A DNA stretch of 64,000 nucleotides from Neodothiora populina (taxonomy: Eukaryota). Each line of letters starts with the position of its first letter. The first letter of the stretch is position 1. A program made the position numbers and the translations under genes. The notes beneath the pieces were generated by a model. It made no database searches, had not been told where the DNA came from, and was given only the letters and a program-made list of their open reading frames with translations. The stretch lies in assembly GCF_041146345.1 (NCBI RefSeq), contig NW_027191405.1, positions 558,001 to 622,000 of the forward strand, read 5' to 3'. Positions 38,576 to 51,527 of the stretch are shown here, piece after piece.

Positions 38576-40645
38576 ATGGATTGCATGAAATCTGACTTCA
38601 CGGAGCACCTTCTGGATGATCGTTTCCAGACCATCTCGCCCCTGAACCATGGATCTTTTGGTATGGTCTTCATGGGTGTGGACATCAAGACTGGTCAAAA
38701 GGTCGCTATCAAGTGTCTCACCAAGGCATCTGCCACGGACTGCCCGGCATCCATTAGCATTGACGACTTCTCCGAGGAGCTGGCCATCCACTCAAAGATT
38801 GGTCATCACGATCACATTGTCAACCTCATCCATACCTTCGAGACGGAACACCACCAGTACCTCATCTTGGAGTTCTGCCCCAATGGTGACTTGTACGAGG
38901 CTATTCGCTTGAACAGAGGACCCCTCGAAACCGAGCACGTTCGTGATTTCATGTACCAGCTTGTCGACGCTGTCCAATTCTTGCATTCCAAGAACATCTA
39001 CCACCGCGATATCAAGCCCGAGAACATCTTCCTGTCTGCCTCTGGAGACATGAAGCTTGGTGATTTTGGCCTTGCCACAATGGCCCCTTGGTCGACCGAA
39101 TTCGCTGTCGGAAGTGACAGATACATGGCCCCTGAGCAATTCCAGCCTGTTCCTGGCGATTACGGCTACGATCCCGCCAAGGCTGATATTTGGGCCATCG
39201 GCATCTGTCTGCTCAATGTCCTTTTTTCCCGCAACCCTTTCGCCGAACCGACCTGCCGCGACCCGTTGTTCGATGACTTCACCCGTGACCGTCAATCGCT
39301 GTTCGACGTTTTCCCCAACATGTCCCAGGATACATATAACGTGCTTGTTCATGCCTTGGCAATGGATCCTCAGAAGCGTGACCTCAGCAAGCTTCGTGAA
39401 GCACTTGATCGCGTGGTCAGCTTCACCACCGACGACGAGTCTCTTGATGAGTTCTGCACCGAGGACCGTGACCCTGTGCCTGCGACTCTCAACCGTGAGC
39501 CATTGCGAACACCCTCGATCACCAGCCCAACCATTGACAATGGAGGTTGCTTCCCCTGGGCCAAGGCTTTGAGAGCCACATCGCAAAAGCACAGCCGTCA
39601 ATTGTCGGTCATTCCAGACAACGAAAGCTACACCGAGGATCTCTTCCCCGATGCCAAGGACACTGGCAGGAGCTGGTTCGACACCGATTCCACCTCCCTC
39701 AACTCTACCGTCGATTCTTCCCTCAGCATGTCGTACAAGTCAGCCAACAACTCCAGCGACTACATCAGCCACGCTTCGTCCCGACCAGTTCCCATCTCCT
39801 CCTCAGTTCCTGCTAAGAGCTCCAAGCCTATGGCCATGGCGTCTGTCTACCGCAACACCGAGATCTGCTCCAAGAGCTGGAGCGACCTCTTTGAAGAAGA
39901 CGAGGAAGAAGAAGAGCAGCGTACTTCATTCGAGGATGGCATCGAGATTGAGCGTGCCTCCACTGCCAAGCCCAGAGAGCCCAGTCCCCTCTCGGCTGTC
40001 ACTGCGGCCATTGACATCGATGCATCCTCCCAGCGTTCTTCTACGCCTCGCTCTGGTCTGGTCGAACTGACGAGCACTCACATTCGTGGTAATATCTCCG
40101 ACATGTCTCGTCGCAAGTTCTTCGGCCAGTCCAAGGGTCCCGTCGCTGCTTCAGCTCCTATTCAGCAGCAGAAGTACTCGCCGCCCTCGAAGCGTTCGCT
40201 CGTCGACAAATGGGCTGCCCTCGGCAACATCAGACGTGGTAACAAGTCACAGCCTGAAGTCCCAGCTACTCCCCAGAAGATTGCAGAGAAGCATGACAGC
40301 TTCACTACGCCCTTGACCAATCCTGCGAAGAAGACCCGCGAGCGAGCCGGCAGTTGGCGCAAGGGCAACTCGCCCGCTCCTCACTATCAACACTCCAATC
40401 ATAGTGGTGTCAAAGGTACACCAACTTCTCATTTTCCTTCGAACGATTTATGGCAAACCAGTCGCGACTGGCGTCAACATCCTACCATTTATCATGATGT
40501 GTCCCCGATCTCGAAGACACGTGCCCAGCCTGTCCCCTTTGGGCAACAGCTCCCGAGATCGAACAAGCATTATGCTGATATCATGGACCATGACGACATT
40601 GGCGACCTTGAGTGGGTTGGAGGGTGGGACGCCCTCCACTTGTAG
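38576..40645 (+). CDS. KSP1: Ser/Thr protein kinase, Ksp1-like; intronless
   Basis: ISPLNHGSFGMVF, VAIKCL, GDLYEAIR, YHRDIKPENIFL, KLGDFGLAT, VGSDRYMAPEQ, long S/P-rich tail. Family assigned from recall of the Ksp1/Ran1 group. Confidence 0.8.
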   Translation: MDCMKSDFTEHLLDDRFQTISPLNHGSFGMVFMGVDIKTGQKVAIKCLTKASATDCPASISIDDFSEELAIHSKIGHHDHIVNLIHTFETEHHQYLILEFCPNGDLYEAIRLNRGPLETEHVRDFMYQLVDAVQFLHSKNIYHRDIKPENIFLSASGDMKLGDFGLATMAPWSTEFAVGSDRYMAPEQFQPVPGDYGYDPAKADIWAIGICLLNVLFSRNPFAEPTCRDPLFDDFTRDRQSLFDVFPNMSQDTYNVLVHALAMDPQKRDLSKLREALDRVVSFTTDDESLDEFCTEDRDPVPATLNREPLRTPSITSPTIDNGGCFPWAKALRATSQKHSRQLSVIPDNESYTEDLFPDAKDTGRSWFDTDSTSLNSTVDSSLSMSYKSANNSSDYISHASSRPVPISSSVPAKSSKPMAMASVYRNTEICSKSWSDLFEEDEEEEEQRTSFEDGIEIERASTAKPREPSPLSAVTAAIDIDASSQRSSTPRSGLVELTSTHIRGNISDMSRRKFFGQSKGPVAASAPIQQQKYSPPSKRSLVDKWAALGNIRRGNKSQPEVPATPQKIAEKHDSFTTPLTNPAKKTRERAGSWRKGNSPAPHYQHSNHSGVKGTPTSHFPSNDLWQTSRDWRQHPTIYHDVSPISKTRAQPVPFGQQLPRSNKHYADIMDHDDIGDLEWVGGWDALHL

Positions 40646-42386
40646 TCCCGAGAAACTACCAACACTTGTTCGTTCTTGTACACTTATCATCCAGCCTGTA
40701 CAATTTCCCTCATTCCCTCAAACCGGAGCTCTGCAGCCCATGGCGTTTTCTTTTTTGTTATTTGTCCGTTCCCCTCTCAATCATAACGAGTCAGTCAAAT
40801 GTTCTCAAACCAAAGAACACTTACGAGATCGAGCCGGATCTGTAGTTCATCTCTAAATCCGCTGGCGGTGTTACTCTTTTCCTTATTTTCCTACTACTCA
40901 GCATGGCGAAGGCATAGCGACGCGAAAAAGAGATATCCAAGGTCGATTTTCTTACACTCTTCACATTTTTTTCTTTGTTAGCGAACTGGGTACCGCACTC
41001 GGATAGTGCAGGTCGGGCTGGCGTTTTGTTTTTTCATCCTGGGCTGCAGACCAAAACTTCACATTTCTTTGCAAAACAAGCATTCGGTTTGAGGAAGGTA
41101 TAAAAGCATATCAAAAAAGAAAGGATTAAGGCTTAGATAAAAAAAGGCTCTTGTCCTGGGGATATTAGATGGTACGAGTACAAGGACTGGTTTTGGTTAA
41201 CAAAAAACACAAAACCATCGGACGAGTGGTTGTATGGGCGTAGTTATTCTTCGCGGACTCGCTATCTGTAGATATTATTTCTAGTGGCTTCAAGCCAGAG
41301 GAAAAATGCAGATTCTCCCACTTACCTCTTTTTCTTTCCTGGTTACATTGTGTTGTGTTCACCAGTGATTGATATGCTTTGTTTGTTTTGTAGTACACTG
41401 TTGATGGAAATATGGAATGAGCTGTGAGATGTGTACACCAAAGCTCCCACTCACAACATTGGACTCTTCTCTGAACCATCAAAAGCATTTACGTTAACAC
41501 AGACGACATTGATACAGCTTCAAGTACATCAAATCGCTCAAGTAATCGCCAAGTTACTCACTGATGCAGTATATGTCATTATTCAAGTAGGCTAGGTTAG
41601 AGCGACATTTTATCGAAAGAGAGTATCAGGGTTGAAAAATAGGACAGGGTTGCCGTCGAGACGCTCACACTTGATCAGACTCAGGCAAAAGCTGCTGCCT
41701 GAAGTGTCCGTCACTGGGCTTGTTTTGTAGCACATGTCATTGACCCTTACTAGCATTGTCAGGAAGGTATAGTCGTTTATGCCAGCGCGCGATTCCACAG
41801 CTGTATCGAGCCAAAACCCGACCGTGTGATAGAGAGACGCCCACCAAGCGTCACTCAGGATGAAGACGGGGGATGCTTCACAGCTCTACCTTCTACAGTG
41901 TTGTTCCTGCCTCCCTCGAACCCTTCTAGTGATGGCACCATCAAGGAAATATATAGGCATTGATCACCCTGACACCAGCCTCCTTTCACAAGCCCTGCTC
42001 TGTTAGATAAGTGAGCTCCCTGTACCACGTACGACTACCATGTCTGGATGTACAGCAAAATACAACATGTGGTCTGATCTCCCAACAGCTTGGTTACAAG
42101 TTTATTCATCACTCACTATTCCTGAACAATGGAGCGTTGTGTAACATTGCTTGACTAAGTGACATCTATTTCTAACATGTCTTTACTTGACAGGTACAAT
42201 TAACATACTAAATGAAAGGTCATATATGTCCATCCGATATACATTGGGATTTTCCAAGATTGGACTTGAGCACTAACACAGTAAAGATAGTAGTCATCAT
42301 GGAGGGATTTGAGCTGTTTAGCATAGATGAAAACGGCAAGACTATATCAAAAGCCAAGGCCACGGCACGTCACTCCTCCTCAACAT

Positions 42387-43988
42387 CTAGATCTTGCCGA
42401 TACCAGCGTTCTTGGAAACGTTGTTGGCGACGACGCTGGTGGAACTAGGAGTGACGGCGTTGACGCCCTTGAAGTGAGAGAGGGCACCAGTGCTGGCGCC
42501 ACTGAAAGCACCGCTATCAATCACCTGGTTGGTCTGGCAAGATCTGCCCAGGGCAGACTGGCATGCGGTACCACCATTGGCGAACAATTGACCCTGCATC
42601 TCGAGAAGAGGCTGATCAACATTTTGGAAGACGTTGCCCTCGGCCAGGACGAAAGTGTTGGTGCTGATGTCGAAAGCGTGGCCGCTGGGGTTGTCGTAGA
42701 ACCAGTTGTTGACGGCGTGGACGACGGTGGTGCCGTCGGTGGTTGAGCTGATCTTGGGGCTGCGGCCACTGACGCTGCGGAACCAGTTGTTTGCAATGGT
42801 CACAGTAGCCTTGGAGCCGCCGAGGATCATGGTCCAGTAGTGGTGGCCGTTGCAAGATGCGCTCCAGGATGTACGACCGTCGAAGTAGTGGTTGCTGATA
42901 GTGACGTGGGTACCTGGTCCGTTGCCAATAACGACGTGTTGACGACCGATGAGGGAGGTCTGATCGGTTCGTCAGAATGATTCAACAATCTCGAGGTGAG
43001 TAGAGCTTACCTGACAGTGGTCGATCCAAACCTTGTCGGCATCATCGATGGCGAAGGCATCGCCACCCCAGATGTACTGAGGGTTGAGCTCGGTGACGTG
43101 CACGTTCTGGATAATGACATTGGATGCGCCGTTGGAGACGCGAAGGCCCTTGCCTCTGATCACACCCTTGTTGCCCACGCCGATGACGGACTTGTTGCTC
43201 TTGATCCAGAGAGGCTGGACACCGGCTTTGTCGTAGGTCACCTGGACGGGGGTTTGGTCTGAGCCGGAGCACCTGGTTGGACTCAATCAGTACATGGTGT
43301 GATTATGATGATAGCTCGAAAGCCTTCGAGATTGGCTCTGCGGGTTTGATGCAGGCAAAATGGAAATCGAGCTGTGTGTGATTCTTAGACCACGACATGT
43401 TACGGCTATGGAGACAGCCATGAAGTGAGAGAATAATGAAGGTTCATGAGACATACCAGTTGGCTCCGTTGATGGCATCTTGGCCACCGTTACCGACACA
43501 GGTGTTGGACTTTGGTCGACAACCTTGCTCGGTCACTTTGCCTTCACTGCTAATGAAGTTGTACCTAGAGGTTCGATGATCAGCAAGTGGTCATATGCCA
43601 GATACCCATCCTCTCATGGCTCCCTGAAGGAACATAGCGTTGAAGACACCGGTAGCATACGCTATCATCTCCATACAGATCCAAGGAAAGGGACCAGTTC
43701 AGACATGGAGCCAACAGAGGGAGGCTGATATAGGCTCTCTAAGACGACGTACTCCTTGTTCAAGACGATAACTCTAGCCACATCGTCACTGAGGTACTTC
43801 TTGAGCTCAGCGATATCAGACGGGTAGACAGCGGCGGCGTTGCCACCTCCTGTGGTGCCGGTAGCGAATCCATATGCCTTGCCCTTGACGGCAACGGCAC
43901 TGCTAGCTGCGGCGGCAGGGGCGGCAGACACCTGACTAACAGTTGCTGCCAGCAGCACTGAGAGGAGAGAAAGAGACGGGACACGCAT
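42387..43988 (-). CDS. Secreted pectin lyase (PL1); exons 43988-43753, 43564-43457, 43272-43011, 42959-42387
   Basis: Signal peptide [100 protein letters not shown]. Confidence 0.94.
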
Positions 43989-44671
43989 TATTATGGGGTT
44001 TTTTCCCTTTTACTACTGTTGAGAAGACAGTATGTGTAACTTTTACTAAAGAGTGACTGGAACGAAAGCAAGAAGGAAATAACAATGAATGTATGCAGTC
44101 TGTAGTAGCCTGCTAGAAAAGATGAAAGAGAAACTTCAAAAGAAAAAAGGGTGGGTGCAATAGTCAGACATATAGGTAGTATCATGGTCGCCAAGTGTAT
44201 CTAATATCCTCCCTATTTTCTATTCATCTTTCGTCAAGACATCGCTAAGGATGCTCGAGGGCACATATGTTTCAGGTAGGTACAGTCCTGTCTGGACCCG
44301 CCTGTCAAAAGTGCCGGATCATCACGCAAAAGCACGGCTAATAACCATATAAAGCCCTGACCTCGTCCTCCTCCTTTATAGGTAGTACACTATATTATGC
44401 GTTGGTCAATATCATGGTGTAGTCAAACCTAATTCTTACTCAGGCTTGGCCGGCCTATGGTTTTCCTTCTTCAAGCATACTCATCGACGGTCATAAAAGA
44501 TCTTCGACCAAACACGTAAACGCAAAGAGGGGGTTGAGGGCAAAATGACAGATTCATATATCTGTCACCCAATATGCCAAGAATCATCCACTATCCGGTA
44601 GAAAAGGCTCCCTTGGATCGTTGCTCAACTTTTGCTCAAACACCACTAGTTCCTTGGTACTCATGGCGTCA

Positions 44672-44680
44672 ATTGGCGGA
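44672..44680 (-). promoter_or_regulatory. Candidate galacturonic-acid-responsive element (GARE, TCCNCCAAT)
   Basis: Minus strand reads TCCGCCAAT about 685 bp upstream of the pectin lyase ATG; exact match to the GaaR-associated consensus described in Botrytis/Aspergillus. Confidence 0.55.
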
Positions 44681-45989
44681 TCTTGTGGATTATCCTTTTC
44701 TCATTTCTTCTTCGTTGCAGTGGACCTGGAGAAGGGGTGGTTGTTGGTGGAGAGTCTGAAGTGGCTTGTTGATGCCAAGATAGTTTCGAAGCGAAGATCT
44801 AATGTGAAACGCAGGTTTGATGCAAACGAACATTACTACCGACGTAAAGGGCCCAAGACGAGTACTTTATAAGAGATGGTCAAGCGCCCTCGCCTGAGGT
44901 CGGTAAGTTTATCGATGGTCAAAGGTCTATCGAGGTTCGCTTAACCGCTCATGCTCGCTATAGCACGATGCTCAAGACAGACGAGTTTACAGCTATAGAT
45001 AGATCCTATGACTATCCACCTATTCTACTTCGTATTATCACTCTCTATCGACCCGTCCTATATGCGTAACGACACAATATAGAGCTCTATACTACTGTCT
45101 GTCCGTTGCGTATTTTTGGATCTTCGCTTGTGGCCTCGTATTCTCTTTGGCGCTACACCTGGCCAGCACTTAGCAGCGAACAGTCCATGCATCGAAGAAC
45201 GCACCTAACACACCCGTTGCCGTCGAGTCGAGAGATGATACCAGATGGCTGTAACCCTTCGTCTAGCTAGTCGTCCACTTCATGTTCGTTGTATGCGGCT
45301 GTGTTGTTCTTCGTGAAGATGAGCTTTGCGGGCTTGTTGTCAGTAATGTAAGTAAGTACAGGTAGGTATGTATTGGGTCCCATGACGCGATATGTCAGGC
45401 CACACAACAGCGGCTCGTGAGGACGGTCGTTATCATCACCACACCCTCGTGTTACCGCGTTTCCTTCCTGGGCAGTTTTCTTAGGATATGATGCAAATTA
45501 TCAAGCCATTTCATCACATACGGCCACAGGCAGCTGGGAACTGGGCATCCCGTCCGCTCTGCCAGACATAAGCAGTTGACCGGCAGATTAGTACTACGGT
45601 GGGTGACCACGTGGGAATTCCTGCTGCTGTATGTTTTGCGTTTCTTTTTGCAAGGCCCGAACTCGATCGCCCAGCTTGTGCAACATTTTTTTATGTTGAT
45701 AGTGGATAGTTGAGCCGCAGACAGAGGCGTTCGAATAGTCTGGTAAGATAGTTATGCTCAAGGGAAGCTGTTCAGACCATGCAGTATCGTGACGACCGTA
45801 AGCTATACTGACACGCCAACTACGATAGTATCAGCATATGTCGCATCCTGGGCTGTAGTGTTATTGAAGACGTGTCCGTGATACTGCCGAAGTGAGGAAG
45901 AGATACCCATGATATTATCGCGACAATCAATGCCGTTCTCTTGTCTTTCACATACCCAAGCACAGAAGCTATACGCGAAAAGCCCAACC

Positions 45990-46679
45990 TCACCCAGCCC
46001 GAAAAGCAACCAACGTCCTACCAGACGATGCATCCACAATCGTAGTCTCAGGAACCACCCACTCGGTATGCTCCTCGGCGACGGCCTGCATCGACGCCTC
46101 GAAATAAGCCACAAGCAAATCTACATCCTCCTCCGCACTCCACGCAATCAACAGCAGCTTCTCTAGACCCTCAAAGCGACGGATCTCATCCCAGCAGAAC
46201 GACGGTCTGCTGTAAATGCTCTCGTCGACGTCGAGGGTCAGGAACCTGATATTCGCTGCTTGGTGCGCAGCGCATTGGCGTGCTATCAGCGTTTTGCCCA
46301 CCCATAGATTGAGCAGGTAATCGCTTGGAGCTGTAGCCGATTCCGTAGCCGTAGCAATAGTCCCGACAACCAAATCCCTAAAGCAAAGCGTGTCGATTGC
46401 ATAATTGAAGTATACAGTCGGCGGCGAAGCACTGGTGCCAAAAGAGAGAATGTAATGCTTCAGTGCCTCCTCGCGGGATTCATGGCAGACCTGGAGCGCT
46501 ATGGGCGCAGGAGCAGTGTTTCTTCTCGCTACCCAGCCGCCGAAACCTGCTTGTTTGGTGAAGTGGATCTTTACGCCGACGTTTCGTGGGCCGGGGAGGG
46601 TGGATCGCCAGATCAGTAGGCGGAGTTCAGCGGGGAGGTTTGGGAAGGGGGCGAATGCACCCGTTCTGAGGTCTCCCAT
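45990..46679 (-). CDS. 2EXR-domain protein of unknown function
   Basis: FAPFPNLPAELRLLIW...PGPR, P.ALQVCHESREEALKHY, VYFNYAIDTL match the 2EXR family pattern. Confidence 0.85.
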   Translation of the reverse strand: MGDLRTGAFAPFPNLPAELRLLIWRSTLPGPRNVGVKIHFTKQAGFGGWVARRNTAPAPIALQVCHESREEALKHYILSFGTSASPPTVYFNYAIDTLCFRDLVVGTIATATESATAPSDYLLNLWVGKTLIARQCAAHQAANIRFLTLDVDESIYSRPSFCWDEIRRFEGLEKLLLIAWSAEEDVDLLVAYFEASMQAVAEEHTEWVVPETTIVDASSGRTLVAFRAG

Positions 46680-47045
46680 TTTGGAGTCTTGTTTGCTCTG
46701 CTTCTTGATTTCAATGCCGAAGATAATTATGTTTCAGCTTCGGAGACTGGTCAGATGGAGGAAGAGATTCATGTTGGCCGTGACGGGGCTGACCATTTGG
46801 CCACTTTCATTGAATGAGATGGACGACGCATGCTGTTGATATGGCAGACTAGGTAAAGTGCCTTCAAATGGTGGGGATGTCAATTGCCCCGATGCTGACT
46901 ACACTAATCGATAACAGGTCCTCAGGAAATGTCGTTGCAAGAGGTACACAGTTGACAAAATCGACAAGTTCGTGATATTCATCATATCTACAATAAATTC
47001 GTTCGTAACAATATATACATCTAAATGTTGCTTTTCTCATGTTCA

Positions 47046-49152
47046 TCATGATCTACAATCCCATTCCAAGCCCATAGCGGCACTCTCATCACCCTCCCAG
47101 ACTTTGCCGCAGTGATTCTTCTTCGCGACAGCGCTGCGCAAAGCCGTGCCTATCCGATCTGGTCCGGCGCCGACTACGTGACTTGCTCCACCTGCGATTT
47201 GTGCTCTTGAGGAGAAATCGTCCACAACATCATCGAGACGTGGGTGTGAGTGGTTGAGGTAATTGACTTCGAAATTTGGTGTACTTGCTTCGAGCAAAGC
47301 AGCAGTGATGGAAGGTGAGGTGGTAGATGCAGAGATTGGGAGCTCTTTCACGTCTGCATTGGCGTTACTGCTACCGCAGCACGTCTTTTTCACACTGCTC
47401 CTTGCTCCAAGCTGTTGTTTTTCATCAATCGACGAGAATCTAGGACGAGCAATGTCGGAGCTACTACTGTTGCTGCTGCTGTTAATGTTGCTCACTGAAG
47501 TAGGTGCCAGCTCTCTCGTGACAAAGATCTTGATCCGGAGACCCTCAGCTCGTCCATACTTCATGGCCTCTCTGAGCTCAAGTAGTTCTGGAGATATCCA
47601 TTCTAGATCTCGAGCGTAACGTATAATCCAGACAAAGTCCATTGCGCGTGAAACAACATGTGCAGCCGAGAGGGCATCTTGCATAACAGGTAGAACGGAC
47701 GTCACACCGGTACCACCAGCTATAGTCAGAAGATTTGAGGCTGTGGTGTCCGTCTTGCTGCCGCCGTAAGGGCCGCAGATGATGACTGGAGTTGTCGCGC
47801 TGTCCGACCCCACGTCATCCGAGCCAGATCTGGCAAGTTCTGCGACTTTTGCCGTGATACCTTTCCTGACGCGGATGAGGTAAGTATGATGCTGCAGTCC
47901 CTTCTTACCGTCGGGCAGAGAGGAAGGCGTGAAGGGATGAGACTGCCAGAGACTGATGGCAGGAAAGCACAGGTAGAAGTGCTGACCAGGTTGCCATGCT
48001 GCTTGAGCAAAGTCGAAATCAATTCGCAAGACCTCGCCGTCGCCGTTCTCGTCTCGATCACCGAAGTGCTGAAGTTTGGCGTGGGCGCACTGGAAGCCTA
48101 GGCCCGACGTTCCTTTGAGATAGCCGATATGAAGTAACCCGGTGCGTAGGAGGCGAGCGCCCTTGTCCAGTCCGAGAAGGATGATAGAGGCGATCATCCA
48201 GCAAGCCAGACCGTCCCAGTGACCCCAGCATGCGCCCAAGTACAACACAGCAATGACATAATGAGTACGCTTGAAGAACTCATACCCTGTCCATCGAATT
48301 GCCCAGCTGGTACTGAAGATGTAAAGAAAGGTGATAAAGGCCTGTGCCACGATGCCGAAAATGATGTATTGCTCGGAGATGAAGCTTTTGTACACTGATG
48401 GCTGAGGACGATAGAGGTTTCCTTCGATGATCGTCCAGACTAAAGTATGGAGAAATGACTGAATGAAGATAATGCGACCAGTCCAGCGGTGCAGAAAGTT
48501 GAAGTGTTGGTAGGGTACGCCAGTAATCAGCGAGAGCAGTGACTCCCTCGTGCTGAGGGCGACAGTGAAGGGAGTCAAAGCATAGGCCATGGCGCCTACA
48601 CGATCACCAAATCCTCCCATACCGACACGCGTGTTGTAGACGCCAGGGTGCTTCTTGACCGGGGTAACCCAGGTCTTGTAGACTATACCGACAAGACTAG
48701 TACAAGTTAGCGAGTACAGAGCGGCAGGGGAAGAATGATACCACGCACGAGAAGATGAGTAGGTAAGCAGAAAGCGTTAGTAGAATTGCCACTTGGAGCA
48801 TGGTGACTCTTCCGAACAGCCACCTTCCAGCACTTTCGGGTAGTAGCCAGCGTCTACCCAGTGCCCTCAGAGCCCCGAGTCCACGTCTTAGAGGTGTCTG
48901 TATATGAGATCGTTGACTGATCGTCTTGGCATATCTGAGCCAAAAGCAGAAAACCAGAATGCCTCCAAACACAGCCCACATGATGAACGTATAGAGCATA
49001 GAAGTTGTGTGCATCCAGTACACCGCATCTAGATACTCGCAAGTTCCTTGTCCACTGGTGCATGGTAGCACACGACTTGGATACGCCCAATAATGGATCT
49101 CGGTGGTGTTGGCTTCGCCATGAGTCTGGATATGTGCCCGTGGTTCGAGCAT
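47046..49152 (-). CDS. Ferric/cupric reductase transmembrane component (FRE family); exons 49152-48749, 48696-47046
   Basis: Heme histidines FNFLHRWTGR..FIQSFLHT and FKRTH...WGHW; FAD motif QSHPFT, PGQHFYL, GPYG; NADPH motif IAGGTGVT, FVWIIR. Confidence 0.93.
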
Positions 49153-49945
49153 CTTGAATAGACCTCGAGATTCCCAAGTCGACAGCGACAGCGAATCGAT
49201 GACAAGGGCGACAAAGAGATCTTAGAAAGAACCCGCGGAAGGAGTGCCGGCTGTCGTCCTCATATGTAGTCCTCCACAATACTACACATAGGTCTTGATG
49301 AGCAAGTTTAGTAGAGGCGTTTTACAGCCCGGAACGATGCCAGCCTCGAATCCAATTCAAGCATGGAAACACACAACACGCGACAACTCTCCGGACACTT
49401 AAGATTAAACATTATGCAGGTCCGTCACCTTGAGGTAACCTTTTGTCTTTGGATCCGTGAATGCCTCACCAAGTTGTAGTTGCCAAGACAAGAAACATGC
49501 TCAAAGAACCGCTCCCGCTGTTAGCCCTCCTTGGCGAACCCACATTTTCGGACGATGACCACGAAGTATTGATGTCTTCAGGCAGTACCTTATGCTGGCG
49601 CAATTAGTTCCAGGACACTTTCGCCTGATTTAGATGGTACAATATGTTACAGGTGGACCCAGACTTAGCCTAGCGATTGCGATTGAGCATTGAGGATCGA
49701 TATTGTGTTTCACTTCGTCCCTCACGTATACCCTTAATCAGGCCTATTATTTCTTTAACATCATGAGTAGTTATCATTAATTGGTACCATGGCAGACGAG
49801 GGCGACATTCACGAGTCGTCAACTTGAGGTCGTACAGTATAACTCGTTATGAACAACAGATGGGCTTAGTGACTCGCGAGTGCCCATATCATCCGAGTGA
49901 AAACGGCGGTATGGCGACTCGATTGAAGCCATAGTAAGAACTGCC

Positions 49946-51306
49946 TCAATCCTGCTCGCTGTCGGATGCGTTTTCGTCTTCCTGTTGGCGTTTCGCGAGC
50001 ATTTCCTTCCAGTTGTCGGCAAATTCGCGTAGAGCGCCAGGACCGCCTTGACTTGCGTCGACTACATCTCTGGGCAATTTATGGGCGCTGTACTGTGGAG
50101 TGGTGAAGCTATAGGCTTCGGGGTCATCCTTCTTGACTAGTCGGAATTCAGGGACCCATAGTTCCTCATCAGCCTCCTCTTCAGACTCCTCGCCCTCCGA
50201 TTCCTCCTCTGCGACCTCGGGCTCGGTTTCCTTCTGCGCTGCAGATGATGCTGACACAGTCGGCGGCCCACTGGCCCGTGGTCGAAAGGGAATTGAGATG
50301 ATCTGAGCGGACTCTTGAGACACCTCTGGCGGCTCTGGCATGGTGAGCAACTCGAGCCAGCTAAACAATAGAGGATCCGTTCTTTGTGCCCAAGGATTGA
50401 CATCTATGAGCCACACTCTATCGTGTGGAGGTGGGATATAGACGTCGAACGCGAAGCTCTCGTCAGGGAAAGTGTTCTTCAATTTGGCATCGAAGAAGTC
50501 TTGAATTGAATCCCTTAATTTATCTTGCATATTGGACAGAAAATCGAAGTGATTTAGGTCCCGCTGACAGATCGCTATAAGCTTTCGTCGCCGCACGAAA
50601 CACCGAAATTCGACGGAAGGATTTAATAGCACATATTTCCGTAGAGCCAGATGATAAGGGATGTCGGCTATGGTCTTGGGAACTTCCTCGTCATCGTCGG
50701 TAGGATCATCCACAGTATCGTCGTATGCGTGCTCCAGGTCGTGTGTGACAAAATCGGAGCTTTTGAGTAGAAGATAGATGTCATTGGGATCTCTGCACTC
50801 CATGGTGTTGGCGGTCATCCAGGTTGCATCTTTGGGAGCGGACCAGTTCAACTTGGGCACGACCTTTCCACCAAGCTCTGCGATGGTCGCCTTGATAGCC
50901 TCATGAACATCATGCCATTCCCTAGATGGATCATCGTCCTCTTCTTCGTCCTGTTCATCCGGATTGTCTGTGGAAGAGAAGAAACCTTCATCATCAGAGT
51001 CCTCGCCCCGCGGTTCATTTTCCGGTGGCAGGATAATGCCGTCAGCACGGAGGTAGTCGAGGAACGGGCGTGATAGTGGGATGAGTCGTGCTTTAGGGGT
51101 GATGGTCCGGTATCTATCAGGCGATCAGAATACTTCCTTTCCAGAAGGTCAGAACAGGGTGACTCAGCGTACTTTGGATGCCAATAATGGTATGAGCAAT
51201 GTATGATATGCGCCTTGGTGAGTGGCGGAAAGGGCAACTCTGTCAGAGGCTGTGTACTGCCGCCTGCATCACTCTCAAACACATCTGCAGATACAGCGCC
51301 GCTCAT
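49946..51306 (-). CDS. CDC123: eIF2 assembly factor Cdc123 (ATP-grasp); exons 51306-51173, 51113-49946
   Basis: [70 protein letters not shown]...[10 protein letters not shown]. Confidence 0.95.
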
Positions 51307-51527
51307 GATTACTATAGTAAGTGGGAATGACGGAGAAAGATGTAAATCGAGTGACAAAAGTTATAATCACATGCAAAACTCGCTATATCAAGCTTGGCAT
51401 GACTTTTCCACCCCGCCATCCCCACTCCGCTTCGCATCACTTCCGCCGACACCACTGCCATTCATCTATCAACGGCACCATCTATACGAACCGCTTTCAC
51501 TATCTACGCAGCTCCGTTCGCGCCATC

